Assembly: GCA_905178155.1 (NCBI GenBank)
Contig: CAJINV010000011.1
Location: 2,652,485 to 2,716,484 of the forward strand
Direction: 5' to 3'
Source: Amoebophrya sp. A120
Lineage: Eukaryota > Protista > Dinoflagellata
DNA: 64,000 nt
The notes beneath the pieces are model-generated. The model made no database searches and had not been told where the DNA came from. It saw only the letters and a program-made list of their open reading frames with translations. The position numbers and the translations under genes were made by a program. Below are positions 38,893-53,201 of this stretch, in pieces (position 1 is the first letter of the stretch; every line of letters begins with the position of its first letter).

Positions 38893-40799
38893 ATTTTTTC
38901 ATTTCTGGAGAGGGTGGAATGTACCGGGTTAGCGGCCTCAACATGATCAGTGTGACCAACGACCTCCTTGGAAAACTGGCCGTCGTGTACGAAATTTCGT
39001 TTTCGTACTTACATTTTTACCAAAGTTTTTCACAAAGACGGATCATCAGCACCACAACAAGGATCATCGCTCACACTCTCGAGCAGGTAGAAGAGATCGA
39101 AGTAGATCGAGGTGCGTTTTTCACTTTCTATATAGCACCTGATACGCTGCATGACCCTGAAGCAGAACCTGATCCCCAATAAGAAAGACCGATGATGATC
39201 TGATCGGACAAGAAGCTAGCAAACGATCATCTCTACACCCGCCGGTGCTCATAATTGAGATTCACGAAGATAGCTGTGATCATCCGGCTACGACAAAAAA
39301 GAAAACAATGACCACAAAAATCATGCCCCCCTCCTCCTGCTGTGCACTACGTGCACCACCAGTGAACAGCGCTGACGCCCGCCCTGCAGTTGGGCACTCT
39401 CATCTGGTAGATCGCACTGGCGAGAGCCGCATGCCACGACAAGTCGATGAAATTGAAACCACTGCGCCTCCTCAATTCAAAATTAGTTTTTGTACAAGCA
39501 TGTTGAAGATTTTTTCATCGCTGTGATGCATTTGTACTCATCTCATATTTGAAGCCATGTTTTGCACACAGCTTCTTAGCTAACTCTCTGGATCATTTGG
39601 AAGCTCTTCTTGCTCAAGGTGATTAGTAGATTTACTTGTAGTGAAACTCATTCTACATTTGGATTTGCTCATCATGCTGTACCTACTCAGTGACTACGTC
39701 ATGCTATGTCAGACTCAGTGACCACGTCAGCGGCCTTTTCTTTCGGATATAATCATAAACATTGAAAATTGTAATTGAAATTTCAACAGAGTGACGATGA
39801 GTTAGTAGAGAAATTTTGTCCTTATCGTTAGAAGAATTTGTTGGTTTATTTCTTTTGATTCCTGAACCGTTAGAATGAATTCTCAAGAACCAGCGTCGAC
39901 CAATTCAGCATGGTCTGGAGGTGAAGAAGTACTTTTTCGTCCTAGTTGACGTCGAGCAGTTGAAGGGAAGAACTCATCTTAACCCTGCTTACCTATCAAT
40001 ACCAAGTGTAGGGTGGGTGCATGATGAAATCTGCCTCCTCGGGACGGATGTATCCAAACATGGTAGGTTCTTCCATCAACGAATCCCGCTCATCCGCGGT
40101 CAGGGCAAACGAAAACCACCTCTCCACGCGCCCGCGTCCTATAGTTTTTGATTTTGTTTTGTATCTATACGATGTCCATGTAGAACACGTTTGCAGATGC
40201 ATCGTCGATGCAATCTTTGCGACTTAAATTTTTTTTGGAATTACTCAGTTTGTTGCCACAAGGTCGAAGATTAAATACGGTTCTGGTGAGGTTCGCAGTG
40301 TGACGCCGGCTGGAGATAGACACCTATCGGCTTCAGAACGTCGTTGCAGGACTGAAACCACATGCGCATCTCCGCGTCCCACTTTTTCGCGCAGTCTCTC
40401 AGCTTGTCCTTATTTGACGGAAGCCGCATCCACGGAATCATATGCTTTCTGGAAATTTCGAATTTTCACCATCGCTCTACTTCGCAATTCAGGTTAGTTT
40501 GATGATTTTCATGTGAGACGGAGTCAAGTGGGAACTTGAACTACTACGCCACACGAGGACGTACAGCGACAAACTAATTTTTCACAAAAAACAAATACAA
40601 AGGTGATGCTACAGAAAAGCAAGTATGACAAAAATACTGTTGCAGTTTCGTTAGATTGAGTGTCATTTCTCTCCAGGTTTCTGCTTTCAAGCCCTTCTGC
40701 CGCAGTGGTTTCGGAACGTGCATTATGTCAAGCTCGCGAAGACCTAGATTACAAATTGAGGATAGTTAGACTTAGCATCTCATCATGAAGCGTTTTCTT

Positions 40800-42004
40800 T
40801 TACATGCATTTGGCGCAGAAGCGACAGGAGCATTCAACTATAACTACTGACACATCAGCTGCATTGTTAGTACCTGCATGTACCCCAAACAGCATGTTTC
40901 CCCTAGCAACGTGGATCAGGTTCAGGCGCACGACCCTCCCCTGGTTATCCGGCACGTTCCTCGGCGGCGTGTGCATCAGCCCACCACTAGGTCCGCAACA
41001 ACCATCCGCGTCCGGATCTGGTCGCCTCCTATCACTCTGCTGCTGCTTCACGCTTTCTACCTTAGAAGTGATGGTGTTCGCGTTTTTTTTTTCGACATAC
41101 ATCACAACCTGTTTGTCGACACGACTGTGATGCATCATCTCCATGCACTACAACAATCAACTATCCAAATCTTGCTTCATCTATGCCAGAACAAGATGTT
41201 CGCAATAATACCTGCACGACACTGACCCGGCTCTGGAACGAGACATTTTTGGGGAATTTGTTTGGTGACCTGTTCATGGGCGAGGAGAGATTGCTTTTCT
41301 GTGCCCGTACCGGCGTCTTACCGCCCGAATCCACCTCCCCTGCTCCCAACAACGTGACCTGGCTTTCTATCCTCTGCGGATAGCTCTGCACCGCACAGAC
41401 CTCCTCTATAGGCCGAAAACTCCGATCGCTCGGATTGTTACTGTCGTCACTATCTGCTTGATGCTGCTGTTGTGGAGTATCCAGCTGGTTCAGCTTGCTC
41501 GCAGGGGCACCGCTCATCTCACTTGGGCTCGTTGTCATCGCGCCAGGTTGTTGTGGTGTGATATTAGCGCCGGGGTCCTTGTTCTCTTGTTGCGCGGGTG
41601 AACTCGATCGGGCCCCACCGCGAGTAACAGATGAACTGGTGGCGATGAAGTCGTGGTTTGGATTTCACATTCTTGTTCATATTCCAACTACCAGTTGGAT
41701 TTGCATTTGCATTGGATGCACAAGATCTCGAGACAAGGCAACAACAAACGGCTTCGTGCTGTAGCACCAGCAGTGATGTCTTACCACGCACAAAACTGTG
41801 ACTAACAGTGAAAAGCAAAAAGTACTTCTGCTCCTGGCCAATTCCCGGCTCGGTCCTGCCTCCAGCGGATGCTGGCCCAGCATGTTGATCCACTCCTTGT
41901 TCGTGCGTCGGCACAGCTGTTAGGTGCGAAGGTGTTGTTCCTGTATTGCTTGCTTCCAGGCCGGAATTATCGTCGGGAGAGGGTACGAGTGAAGTCATAT
42001 TCAT
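40800..42004 (-). CDS. Possible multi-exon hypothetical protein
   Basis: Three protein-like minus-strand ORFs (41564-42004, 41161-41538, 40800-41144). The exon chain was not verified and may continue to about 39996. Confidence 0.3.
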
Positions 42005-42339
42005 GACACGGTAGCAGGAATTGCGATCGCAAACCTGCGATTCGCAACGGCGGTGGAGGGCACGTCCACCAGTTGTACCAGGCTCCTCGCTCTAGGAGCG
42101 CCGGGTCATCAACACTCAGGGTTTTTTACAGTCGTTGGACCTTCTAGCTTGCTTCTCTAACAAAAAAAATTTCCTCTTTTTCGTCTGATATCCGGAACAA
42201 CCCCCCTCCAGGGGGTCTTTCATTCTCGAACAACCGAGCAGCCTCGTCCCGAGTGTTGAAACCAATACTCTTCTCGCTCGTAGAAAATCAGAACAACGGG
42301 AACGAAGACTCCTACTAGGACCAATGAAGCCCGAACATA

Positions 42340-44030
42340 GAACAGAAGCTGCCGGGCCTTGGCGCGCGCCCCCTTTATTTTCTTTATAAATTTGATTTTA
42401 AATGAGGCCCCAGCTATCAGCCTTCTGTGAAGAATGGCATGATTGACAAAACAATCAAAAGCGCGCGGGCCGGCAGGCGGCTCTCTCACTCGGCGCCCCC
42501 CCCCCCCCCCAGTGAGAAGAGGGGGGGCGCTTCCATACACTCGCCCTACCGTCCGCGCGCAGCCGATTGGCAAACAATGGGCCAAGTCGGGGGAACTCAG
42601 CAACACCGCGCAAAGTCTCGCGATAATGGCGACACACACATGCCCCACGCCCAGGCTTATCGCCCGGAAGTGCGAGCGTCTGCCTGAGGGAAAAACGTCG
42701 GCGGGCGCCACACCCTCGCGCATAGATACCACACACACAGAGGCAAGGCCTTGCCTATCTCTCCAGAGCCTTCCTCTTCTCCCTGAAATGTGGCCGCGTA
42801 TTCCGGAAGCCCGTCTCCAGGGCCTTTAGCTCTTCACATCGTTCGCCCCTCCCCTCGCGACAGACGAAAGCCAGCCAGCCAGGCGGGCCGGCACGCAGGG
42901 CCCGCGCCACGGCCATAACAAACCGCCCCGCCCGCCTTCTGGCCCCGGGCGGGGCTGCCCAAAGAAACGAAGAGCGCCCGGCGCCTGTGTGTGTCAAGCC
43001 CCTGCGGGCGGAGGCGCGCGGCGGGCAGGGCCGAGGGGCTTCCCGACAAACGCCGCGCGTGCGACCCGCCCCGGGCGGCTTCACGCAAACTCCGCGAAGC
43101 GGGGCCTGCGCACGGGCCGGCGGGCTCGCTGCGCGGACCGGCCCCCCAAATGCCCCGCGGCTTCGGTGTGGGGCGCCTGCGGGCGTTGGAAACAATAAAG
43201 AAACCGGGGCCGGGAGGCGCCGAAGCAGCTGCCCCGGCCGTCGGTCGCCGCGCGGTGGGTAATAACGAAGCCGGCGGAGGCTAGTCTGTCCGGGCCAGCG
43301 CTGGCGGAGGGCGGTCCCCCCCTGATCCACGGCAGCGCCTTGGGAAAGTGCATGCCTACAATGCGGAGCAGGCTTCTTCATCTCCACCCCCTGCGCGCTC
43401 GTAACTGCGGAGGCGATGGCGCCCTTGCTTCCGATAAGCTCTGGCAGAATCTCGCGCCATGACACAAGCGCCGGCCCCTGTTGTGGCTCGACCACGATGT
43501 GGGTGAAGACATAGGCCCTGGCTTCTTGCCTTGGTTTGTTTTTCGCACGCGCGCAAACATCGCAGGAAGGACGCGCGGGGGCCCGCCCCTCATCAGGGTC
43601 GACATAAGTAACCCCAAGAAGCCAACAGGCAGCCGTGAAGGCAACCCGCAGCACTCTCGCCCCCCCCTTGTCGGTACTGCTGGCGCAGTTGAACTGTAGG
43701 TCCCGGCGAAGGGCCGGCGCCCTTGCGGGCCGACCGGCGCGAGACCCGTCCGCGCCTCGCGCCTCCTTTGCATGCAGAAGCACAGCCCGGCCCGGGCCGC
43801 CGTTTTCATAGGCGGAGGGGGGGGCGGCCGGAAAACCCGAGGCCGGCGGGTCGCCCAAGGCTGGCCGCTTCGCTCTGCAAAAAGGTGGGCAAGCCCTCGC
43901 GGGGCGCAGGCTCTTGCCGCCGGCGCTGCGAGCGAGAGGCCGGCGGGCCCACCATGGCCGCGGCGCGCGTCCCCTATGACTCTGCCCGCCCTCGTCGTAT
44001 GGGTAAGCGCAGCGGCCCTCACACTCTGCG
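42340..44030. other. GC-rich degenerate island, possibly a decayed repeat or transposon
   Basis: Abrupt shift to C/G runs and cgcg/gccg words. Overlapping Arg/Pro/Ala/Gly-rich ORFs on both strands with no recognisable domain. Confidence 0.45.
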
Positions 44031-44478
44031 CAACACTAACATCAAGGATCGCGATCAGTCAAGAGCTATATACGTTCACTGCTGCCTCTGCCACGAGGTC
44101 GAGCAGAAGCGGAACGAACACAAACGCGCGAGCGCCACACAAATCAATACGGCCGGAGAAAACCGCAGCGAGCAGCTGAATACCACTGCGCTCCATCATT
44201 TCAGTTTCCGTGCTGGCTGTGTTCTTGAACTTCCTCGGGGTCTAAATCTTCGCTGCGCACTCATTTTCATTTGCGTGTCCATGTGTGACAATTAAAGTGC
44301 TCGACTCAAACATCTGTTGGCCGCGCCTCAGCGTGCATCAACTGTGAGAACATCCACAGAGTGATGTCAACGAAGCGGATCGTCCGTTTGAGAAAAATCA
44401 TCCTTGTCGAGAGGGCTACTACATCCTCGCTCACCAGCGGCAGGAGAGCGACTCCGGATCCGGGCAATCCCCTGCACG

Positions 44479-47400
44479 TTAGCTTCCCTGAATCGGGTAC
44501 GCCTTGAATTCTTTTGTCATCTGCATTCGATACCCCTCCTTGAACGCCGAGTCGCCCTTGATCCGAAAGTCTGCACCGTAGGAGTCCCCCATGAGCTTGA
44601 GCGATTCGCTAAAATGCTCCAGATCGTTTTTCACCGTTTTCTGGCCCATGCCGCCCATGTCGATCAGGGTAAAGTGACCGGCCGAAGGGTCGCAGAAAAC
44701 GTTGGAAGGCTGGACGTCGCCTGAGATTTCATTTTGTATGTGTGTTGAAAAGCAATGAAATGTTTGTACAGAGGCATGAAGGAGGAGGAGCTGGAGAAAC
44801 ATCGCAAACAGAGAGATCTTCACCACGTAATTATGCAACCCCATTCACACAACATGCGATACCATGCTGCTTTCCGGGGTACCGGGTGTGGAAGGCTTTG
44901 AGGAACTTTCCGAACTGCCGCAACATGTCCACGACCCGGAGGAGCTCCTTGCGCGTCATCATGTCCGCAAAAATTTCGGAAAGCCGCGTGCCACGAGCCT
45001 TGCGCATCAGAATCACGTCCAGCAACTGGTTTTACTTTTGGTATGAACTCGAGCGATGAATCTCATTCCTTTTTGCTCGTCACATACGACTTTTATGATG
45101 CGCATGAAGATGATCATCTTCACGCTCACTATATACGCCAGGAAATGCTGCACATCATGATGATGAAGCAAACGACTCTATCAAACTATTTGTACCTCTG
45201 GCTCATTGGTCTCAGGGGAGCGATGCTCAACCCTTATGATGAGGCCGGGACAGGTGATCGCCTGGTCATTCTTGAGCCCGGAAACCTCGTTCTTTAGCCT
45301 CATGCAGTTCTCCGCTTCGGAAAGTAAGCCCGGATGCTGACTCCCGGCGGCCACGACCTTGATGATTTTGGACTCGATCCCTTTCCCCTCCGCCAGATAA
45401 ATGCCCTTGTTCAGACCGCCTGTAATAAACAATAAATTGGGGGTCTTCATGATGTAGAATTTTTCAGCATAAGAAAGTACGTAGTGCACGCGTCGATTTC
45501 ACACAGCACCTCCAACAAATTTGATGCAGCAGCACTCAGCCTCGAGAAGCTACCGCATCGAACACGATCATATCAAAAAAAAACCAACTCCTACCTTGAA
45601 ACCCCGGTAGCCTGGATATGTGGGCCTGGTCCGGTAATTCCAGCCAGCGTTTGGCGGTGCTCATCAGACTCTGGCTCGACGGGTTGAATTCCTTATCCAG
45701 GCGGTAGCTTGTCAAGGAGACGGGCGGTTGGTACCCCGGTCCGCCGGGCCCGTAATACGCATCCGCGGCCTGCCTTCCTAAAGATTCGCTCGTGAAGCGC
45801 CGGGTGGTAATCGTTGTTGTGGTCGTTTTATTTCCCGGTTGTCCGCCGGAAGTGCTGTTCACGACAGCGCTGACCGGACTTGCGTTCGCGGCCGTCACCA
45901 ATTTCGCTGGAGAGCTGGAGCGGTTTGGAAGTGCCGTGGTCGTGACGCCTGCGATTCGGATGGCAGGGGGAGATGCAAGGGGTTGGGCCTGGAGGATATT
46001 ACCATTCGCTGCCGTGCTGGATGACGCAGCAACCGTGGTTCCGGCGATCGTCGTGTAGGTGGTCGCTGCTGTAGTTCCACCCTCCCCTGCGGCGGAGGAC
46101 GAGGCGGAGGAGGAGAGAAGACCAAGACCGGAGCCGCTCATTCCGATGCTGCTGTTCAAAACAATAGCCGCCGCGGAGGATTTTCGCACAGGAATGCTGC
46201 CAGGGTCCAGCGTAGCAGTACTTGGCTGATGTTGTGCAGCTCCCTCACAAGAACTACTGGAGGAAGTGGAAGAGGCCGAAAACCCGACGCCCCTCGCATC
46301 CGCAGAAACACTGCTTGAGCTCTCCTTCGGAGGTTGTTGTTGTGCCACCGCTTGAGATCCTGTTCCTGTGCCCCCTACTCGCTGTATCGTCCCCGCAGTC
46401 GGATGATGTTGCACTAGGCTGTACGACTGTACCACAGTTTGAGCTGCGCCGGTGGACGACGCCGGAGCTGCTGCTGCTGCTGGCCTAGAAGTCGTACCAG
46501 TCCCTTGATGGGCGGAAGAAGCCGCCACGCCAGCACCTGACCTCACGGTCGTTGTCTCCGTAGTGCTGCTCTCCACGATCCTCATGGTCGATCCGCGCCG
46601 CCGGGAGGACGCGGTTTGTTCCCTCGTTTCCTTGTCAGTTGCAGCTCCACCTGAAGTCGTGGCTGGCACTGTGGTTGTAGTAGTGGTCGTCGTGGTAGTT
46701 TTATTCTGCATCACTTTCGCTGCAGCTGAACTACCGCTAGTACTTCCACTCGCTTGTTGCTGCGGCACGACGCGCGCCTCTGGGTTGTAGGGATGCACAG
46801 CTGTCGCATTGCTCGGAATAGCAGTGGCCGTTGTAGGTGTTCCTCCAGAGCTGCTTTTCGCAGGTACAACAACTCCAGCAGCAGTTGTACTTGTGACCGA
46901 CCCTATCAGCCCGGTCCCGTTCGCTGCACCTGCCTCGTACACTGCCCGCACGCGGGGGTCGGCTGACCGCACCTCCCAGCTGACGGACGAGGGTCGACGC
47001 GAAGACGCGGCGGACGCACCGTACGTCTGCAACGGTGGCGCGGCAATCTGTGTTGAAATCTGAACAGAGCTGCGCTGGTGCCGGGTCGTGGTGGAGGATA
47101 CAACCGTTGTGGGCGGCGGGCGACGCGGGTGCTGGTGTACGGTGCTAGTACTGCTGTCGGTCGGCGTACTACCGCCTTGCAGGACCTTCGGTTCACCTGC
47201 GTTCGGGTCGATTGGGGAGTGTCGGGAACCGTACATGCGTTTCGGTTCCAAGTTCGTGGTCGGGGAAGGACCAACATCTGTGGAGATCATTGATCGTCTA
47301 ATATTTACAAAAAGTGCACGGATTTAGAAGTTCCGCCACCCGATCTTCAGAAGCCCGATCATTCATCAAACCATCATCTTCATCATTGCCACAAAAATAT

Positions 47401-49107
47401 CAAAAGTTCAGCTAACATCACATCAAAGAACATCAGCACTACGTAAACGTAGATGATCATATGCAAAAACAAACTGTACTTATGTCCGGGTGCACGGGGC
47501 TGGTCAGTGTTCTTGTCGTCACGGTGCTTGCGAGCGAGCTGCCCATGGGACTGGAGGCGGAGATCGTGTTCGTCGTCCCGACAATATGCATTGCAAAAAT
47601 TACGCACTCGTATAAATGCATTACAAATTCCCTCAGCATGAGAGATAAAATTTGTGATGCGGATTTACCTTAAGAACAAGGTTTGTAATGCATGACTGCA
47701 ATACGAGTACGATACTTTTGCACAGGATAGACAAGACCTCCTCCGGCGCTGTTCATCTGGTCCGGCGACAGAGTCGGTTTTTGCCCGGTTCCGTCCTGTA
47801 TGAATTGCAAATGTATCGCATTCGTATAAATGCATTACACATTTCCTCAGCATGAATGTGATGCGGATTTAGCTTCAGAAAAAAAATTGTAATGCATGAT
47901 TGCCATTACTACGAGCACGATACTTTTGCAGAGCATATCCTGTGCCATCACGTACTTCAAATGTGCGTCCGGCTTCACATCCAGCTCTATTCTCCCCGCT
48001 CTCTTGCCGATTCCCTTCACCTTCGCCTCCATCCACTGTTTGTGCGTGTTGCTCCAATACCACACCTTGTGCCCGACTTGGAAGTCTACCTGTTTGTTCC
48101 TCGGTGCAGCAGCAGCTCCTACAACCCCGTTCGCGGCGACGAGATTCGTGCTGTTTGTTGTATTTGCAGTCTGAATCACCGGCTGCGAAATGGAACTACT
48201 TATAATTGTTCCACCAAAAGGTGCTGTGGACGAACTGGACACTACAGTCGTGCCCACCTTTACCCCGGCTGCAGCGGCCAACGTGCTCGTGATCAGCGGT
48301 GCTCCTCTTGCGCTGGTTGGCGACGGGCTGCTGTGCTTCGCCGTAGTCGGGTTGGAAGAGGAGGCTTCGCTCGGAGCAGGCCCGCCGACGGATTCCGGGG
48401 AGAGCGGCTGCGAACTTTGCCCGTTCACAGTAGCGGGAGACTCATGAGGGGCGGCAGTGACGGTGGAACCTGATGGGTTGCAGACTCTATATAGTTTGGC
48501 TGGCTTTTGCCAAAGCGACCGTCGGAAAAGGCGACTACATGAAAGTAACGTGCATGCAAAAATCATCTTCAAGAAACATCAGAGTGATTATATGCACTAA
48601 AACTACCAGAGTTGCGAATTCCGCCACTGCTGGCAGACGCTACTACCCTTGTCTTGACAGAAGACGCTGCGCTAGTGGTCGAGGGTGGGAGGTGGAATGT
48701 CACCAAGTCCGGTTTGGCTTTTGGCTTGATATCGAGATCGTAGGAGACCTCATAATTTTATAGTCTACGTTCTGGTATGAAAAAGAAAATTTGAATTTTC
48801 AACGTGGAAATAAAGCACCCTAAACAGAGTTTTTTTTTCGTTGGTGGTTATCGTCACGAAGAGCACATGATCCTGCAAATGCAAGCAACAATACCACATT
48901 GCCCTGATCGTCGTAGTTGGTATTTTCCAGCTTTGCCTGCATGGACTTATTGTGCGTTTTACTGAAGTAAAGCACGGTCGGGAAGTGATTATTATTCTTC
49001 CCGCCCGCGGCTGCTCCAGCACTACTACCACCTCCCAGCTGCCCAAGCGACGCAGACTGCGACGCAGCCAACTGTCGAGCGGTTACGTTACCGCTTTGCA
49101 CCATCAT
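44479..49107 (-). CDS. Multi-exon protein: Tudor/SH3-like N-terminal domain, long S/T/A-rich region, C-terminal atypical (Bud32/RIO/APH-like) kinase domain
   Basis: GGLNKGIY, IIKVV, HGDVQPSNV (across a GT-AG intron), LIDMGG and AFKEGY; FQVGHKVWYWSNTHKQWMEAKV. Two introners. 5' end uncertain. Confidence 0.65.
47585..47729. mobile_element. Introner family D
   Basis: TSD gacaa; opposite orientation to 7503-7655. Confidence 0.95.
47799..47937. mobile_element. Introner family D
   Basis: TSD tcctg; internal deletion relative to the neighbouring copy. Confidence 0.92.
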
Positions 49108-50353
49108 CCAAATTCTGTTGTGATCGGTCGACTTCTTAACGGCTCGGTTTGTAGAGATTTTTATATCTGTTGCAGGTGCAAGTCGTCGAAAAGGAAAGAA
49201 CTTTATCGTGAACTTTTCGCTACTGAGCAGGTTGTCGTTCTCGTGTGAAGCCGCTTCGTTCCTCGCCTGCGTTGTCGCCGTCGTCGTTTTCGCTTTGCCA
49301 CAACTAGCGCTGCAATGAGACGTCGCCTAACTGTTGCTTTTCAGCACAGCCGGACGTGGTGCGACCTAATTCCAACGCCGTATCCTTTGTGATAGTGATC
49401 ACCCGACCAATCACTGACAGAGGAGTTATCGCAGAGGCCGAGCTCAGCATTGGCGGAAGAAATGCGAACCATAAAAAAAGGCACTCGACCTTCCGGAACG
49501 CAACAAAAGATTGGGCCTGAAGATGTGTCTTAATACGACTCTACTCTCTGGGGATTCATTTTATCTCGGTTGCTAAGTGCCCTTATCATGCAACTTAGCC
49601 TCCTCTTGTGTCGTACTTGCTAGGCTACTTGTTTCAGAAGTGCCTATAGAAATTCTACTTCAACTTTTGTCAACGTCATGTTTTGATGCTCGTACTTTGT
49701 CTTTGGTGCGACGTTTACCTCTTCACACGAGAAAAAAAGCAAATGCGGCGCTGCCACAACTCAGCACCTCGTTGTCTGTCTGCACAAGCAGCGTTTATGT
49801 ATTGGTACGGCATAATTTCCAACACACCTCTCAATGGAAAACAGCGATCGAAAGATGCCGAATGGCGCAATGGGCTGGGCGTAATTTTCATTCTTTTCTC
49901 CTCTTTTCTTTTCTCAATCAATCTCGTCACGGTGGTAGTGCATTTCATTTGGTTGCAATTATTGTAGGGCGACACGACGGAGTAATGCAGAATAACTTGC
50001 AGCAACAGGTCAAATTTGAATTTTCTCGTGTCCTGAAACTAAAAGGGGAAGACAGGGTGAGGCTGCGCAAACCTAGAAAGTAGACGGTGAGAGATTCTCA
50101 CTCGTTAGTACCTACACCACGCACAACATTTTTACATAGGAAACAGACTATCATAGTCCCTGCGGGTTTATTTGCAGACGAGGAGGACCAGATTGAAGAC
50201 ACATCAAAACAGGTCGAAGGAATCAGCAGTCGTGGGTAACAAGAACTAACAGGAAATCAGACGTTCGCTTGAGGTAGCACGGGCTGGAGGTGATTTTTGG
50301 AGAAGAATTTGATGTTCTATCGGCACAGAAGATCAACGTCCGTCCTCCGTTTT

Positions 50354-52530
50354 CTACGCAACCGGAATCATCGCGGGCACCTCATCCTCGATCCCCAGCG
50401 ACAACTCCTGCTCGTACTGTAAGATCGCCAAGTCCAGCTTCTCGTGCCAGGTCTGCCACTGGAGTCTCGATGTTTCCCGCTCGTCGTGCAACTTTTCCAG
50501 AGCTTTCTCCACCTCGTTGACTTCGACGTTCTCCCTGACTTGCGCATTCTCCTTGTCTAATTCCTGCTGCGCTTCCTGGATCCGGTCCTCCAAAACCCGC
50601 ATTTCCGCGGCGACCTGCTCCCGCTCCCGTTGCTTCTGAAACGCGACCTCCTCGATCTTCGCGGACAAGGTGACGATTTTGTCCCGCGCTTCGCGTTCCT
50701 CCCGTTCGGATGTTTGGTATTCCTGGCGATTTTCCTCGAGCTCCTGCTGAAGGGAGTCGGATTCCAGCTCCTGCTTGTGCGACTTCTCAACCGTCTGCTG
50801 GTGCTCCCGGACCCGGTCGAGAAACAGGTTGCAACGGGCGGTACCAGTTTCCGCCTGATAAAACGATTGCGTTTTTACTTTCGAGCCTGTTTCATCTGCA
50901 TTTTATCATGCAAACTTGAAGCAAAATGAAATCGCGTCACAGTACGCTGACGCTACATCCGCATCAACCACGACTACTATGCATTCACACCAGCAGGCGA
51001 CGACACAAAAAATACACTTACACACCAATGGCACCATAGTACGGACTCACCTTCGCTGTTTCCTCCCCCAGCTTGTCGCAACTTTGCTGCAGGATCTTGA
51101 TCCGCTCCGTTTTGCGCTGACTGGCTTCCCGGAGCTTCTTCACGTCGGAAACCAGTTGAGCCGGGTCCATATCCGAAATCACCCCCTTTTTCATCGCCGT
51201 AATCGCGTCCTCCAGCATCCGAATTTCCCCCGCGGCGTTCTCCATCCGCTCGTTAGTAGAAGAGGTGTCGCGCTTGGCTGTGTTCGTGTGAAGCAGGTTT
51301 CGCTTTGAATCATCGCTACGTCAACTACGTGCATGGCGGTACATTTACCAATCTCTGCATTTTCCTCCAGTTCTCAACTACCTGAAGCATCAACTCTTAT
51401 GCTACATGCAAGAAGCTCTCCCTCGAGAAAGTGCTCACGAACGAACGAACTACGAGAAGACAAAAAGTATACCATCATCCATGGCCGCTTCGATCTGGAA
51501 GATGTTCAGCCGTTCCATCTCCTGCTTGATGGTCCGTTCCTCGCTCAAATACCGCTCCACGGCGGCCTTCTCCTGCGCCAGCTCCGCTTCCTGCTGGTCC
51601 ACGTTCTCTATCCTCTGCAAAACTATCGCACTCGTATAAATGCGAGTCTAGCATTACAGATCTGCTTTCTTACCTGAAGCTGCATGGCAAATTTCGTTTT
51701 TCTTCCAGGAAAAATTTGTCATGCCATTTGTACGAGCACGATGTTTTTGCAATGCATATTCTCCTTCAAACTGCGCATCGCCTCGGATGTTGTAGCAATC
51801 CGCAGGTCCAGCTCCTCCACTACACGTTGTTGCTCATGCTCGTTCTGGGACTCATCCTCCCGAAACCGGCAGAAATTGATCAGCGCGGACAGGTTCCGCC
51901 GCAGACGCTTGCCCTCGGGCTGATAAGTTTTTTCAGGGGGATATTTTCGCACTCTGTAGTAAGCTCCTGTCGACTCAACCTAGAACTACACAACTGGCTG
52001 TCTAAGCTGCATCAAATTCATGATCTATCACGCATGAAGACAACAAGATCTGTATATACCTTGACGATATCATTCAACGAAAAGTCCCCAATGCCGGCGA
52101 TGTTTGCCAGATGCTGGATAGTCCGAAAAACGCACAAGAACCGCGTCGCATCCTCGTACAAAGTCGGGAAATTCGTTACGTTCCCACCGCCAACGCCACT
52201 CCCTGTACTGTTGTCGTTCGTGAGCAATTCGTGCCATGGCATGCGCCGAATATCGGAGGTGGAGGTTAAGAATTCCCAGAATGCGATGTAAATGTCGAGG
52301 ATGCCGGCTGGGGTTTGGTGGAAATTCGGCGCGGAGGAACTACTTGCTCCGGCGGTAGTACCGACAGTGACCCCATTGATTTGGTTCTCGTAATACTGCT
52401 CCGTGACAGACACCGTGACGTAGTTCTGCGGCTTTTGCAACACATCGACGGTTACGTCGGGGAATTTGTCGCTGTTCTTCAACACCTGAACAATCTCGTC
52501 ACAGGTCAACAGGGGGAAGATGTACCCCAT
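50354..52530 (-). CDS. NUF2: Kinetochore protein Nuf2
   Basis: FPLLTCDEIV, GIGDFSLNDIVK-PEGKRLRRNLSALINFCRFREDE, followed by a coiled coil. One introner and several GT-AG introns. Confidence 0.88.
51609..51758. mobile_element. Introner family D
   Basis: TSD ttctc; ends tatcctctgcaaaactatcgcactcgta...tacgagcacgatgtttttgcaatgcata. Confidence 0.93.
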
Positions 52531-53201
52531 GTTCGATCGTGCAGTAGCGGCCAACGGGGGGACAACGAAACTGCTCGGGTTGTTCCGGCGGTTTTAGATG
52601 ATCAGCACGAGATTGTTCAAGAACCCCACCAGTGCCGTCCTTTGTTGTACTTGTAGTTGCGTCCACGATCGACGTGATTTCAAACTGATGAATTTGTTTT
52701 CTTCAAAAAACGCGCACGCATGTAAGCTCGTACTTCTGAAATACCTGTTTGAAGCTTTTTTTTGTTGTTTTCGACCCGGTAGTACGCCATCTACTTACAA
52801 CTTCCACTGCTGTAGGCTCCAAAAATCGTAACGACAACGAGGCAGACCCGACGAAGAAGTTGCCGACGAACTACACGAGATACGAAAGGGACATAACAAT
52901 TTTCACTAACTCGCTCGTGGAAGATCGATATCGAGCTCAGTTTGGTGTCGATCGGCTCATTCTATCCTAAAATGGCTATGTAAATTGAACACCAGAACAT
53001 TCCTAAATCTCTAGCCTCGTGCCCCCATCGATGCGACCCTTTTCGTCTTTTTTCTTCCGTCTTTGACCGCACTGTTGTTGCATTTGCAATTCTCAGTTTC
53101 TCTGCGTCCCTGCTTCACAATCACGTTTTATCTTTCACGATACCATGTCTTTGATCCCGCTGTCAACACGCAGCGCATTGCCACAGCTACCCGAAACTGA
53201 A

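Noticed and set aside
42755-43858. 367-aa ORF in the GC-rich island as the missing transposase
   Set aside because: No DDE, RT or recombinase motifs. Its composition is what GC-rich non-coding DNA yields, and no TAT...ATA TIRs were seen around it.
49531-49541. taatacgactc matching the start of the T7 promoter
   Set aside because: Only 11 nt match, and there is no vector context.
52969-52978. aaaatggcta, reverse complement of part of the dinoflagellate spliced leader
   Set aside because: A 10-nt match about 440 bp upstream of NUF2 is too short to call an SL relic.
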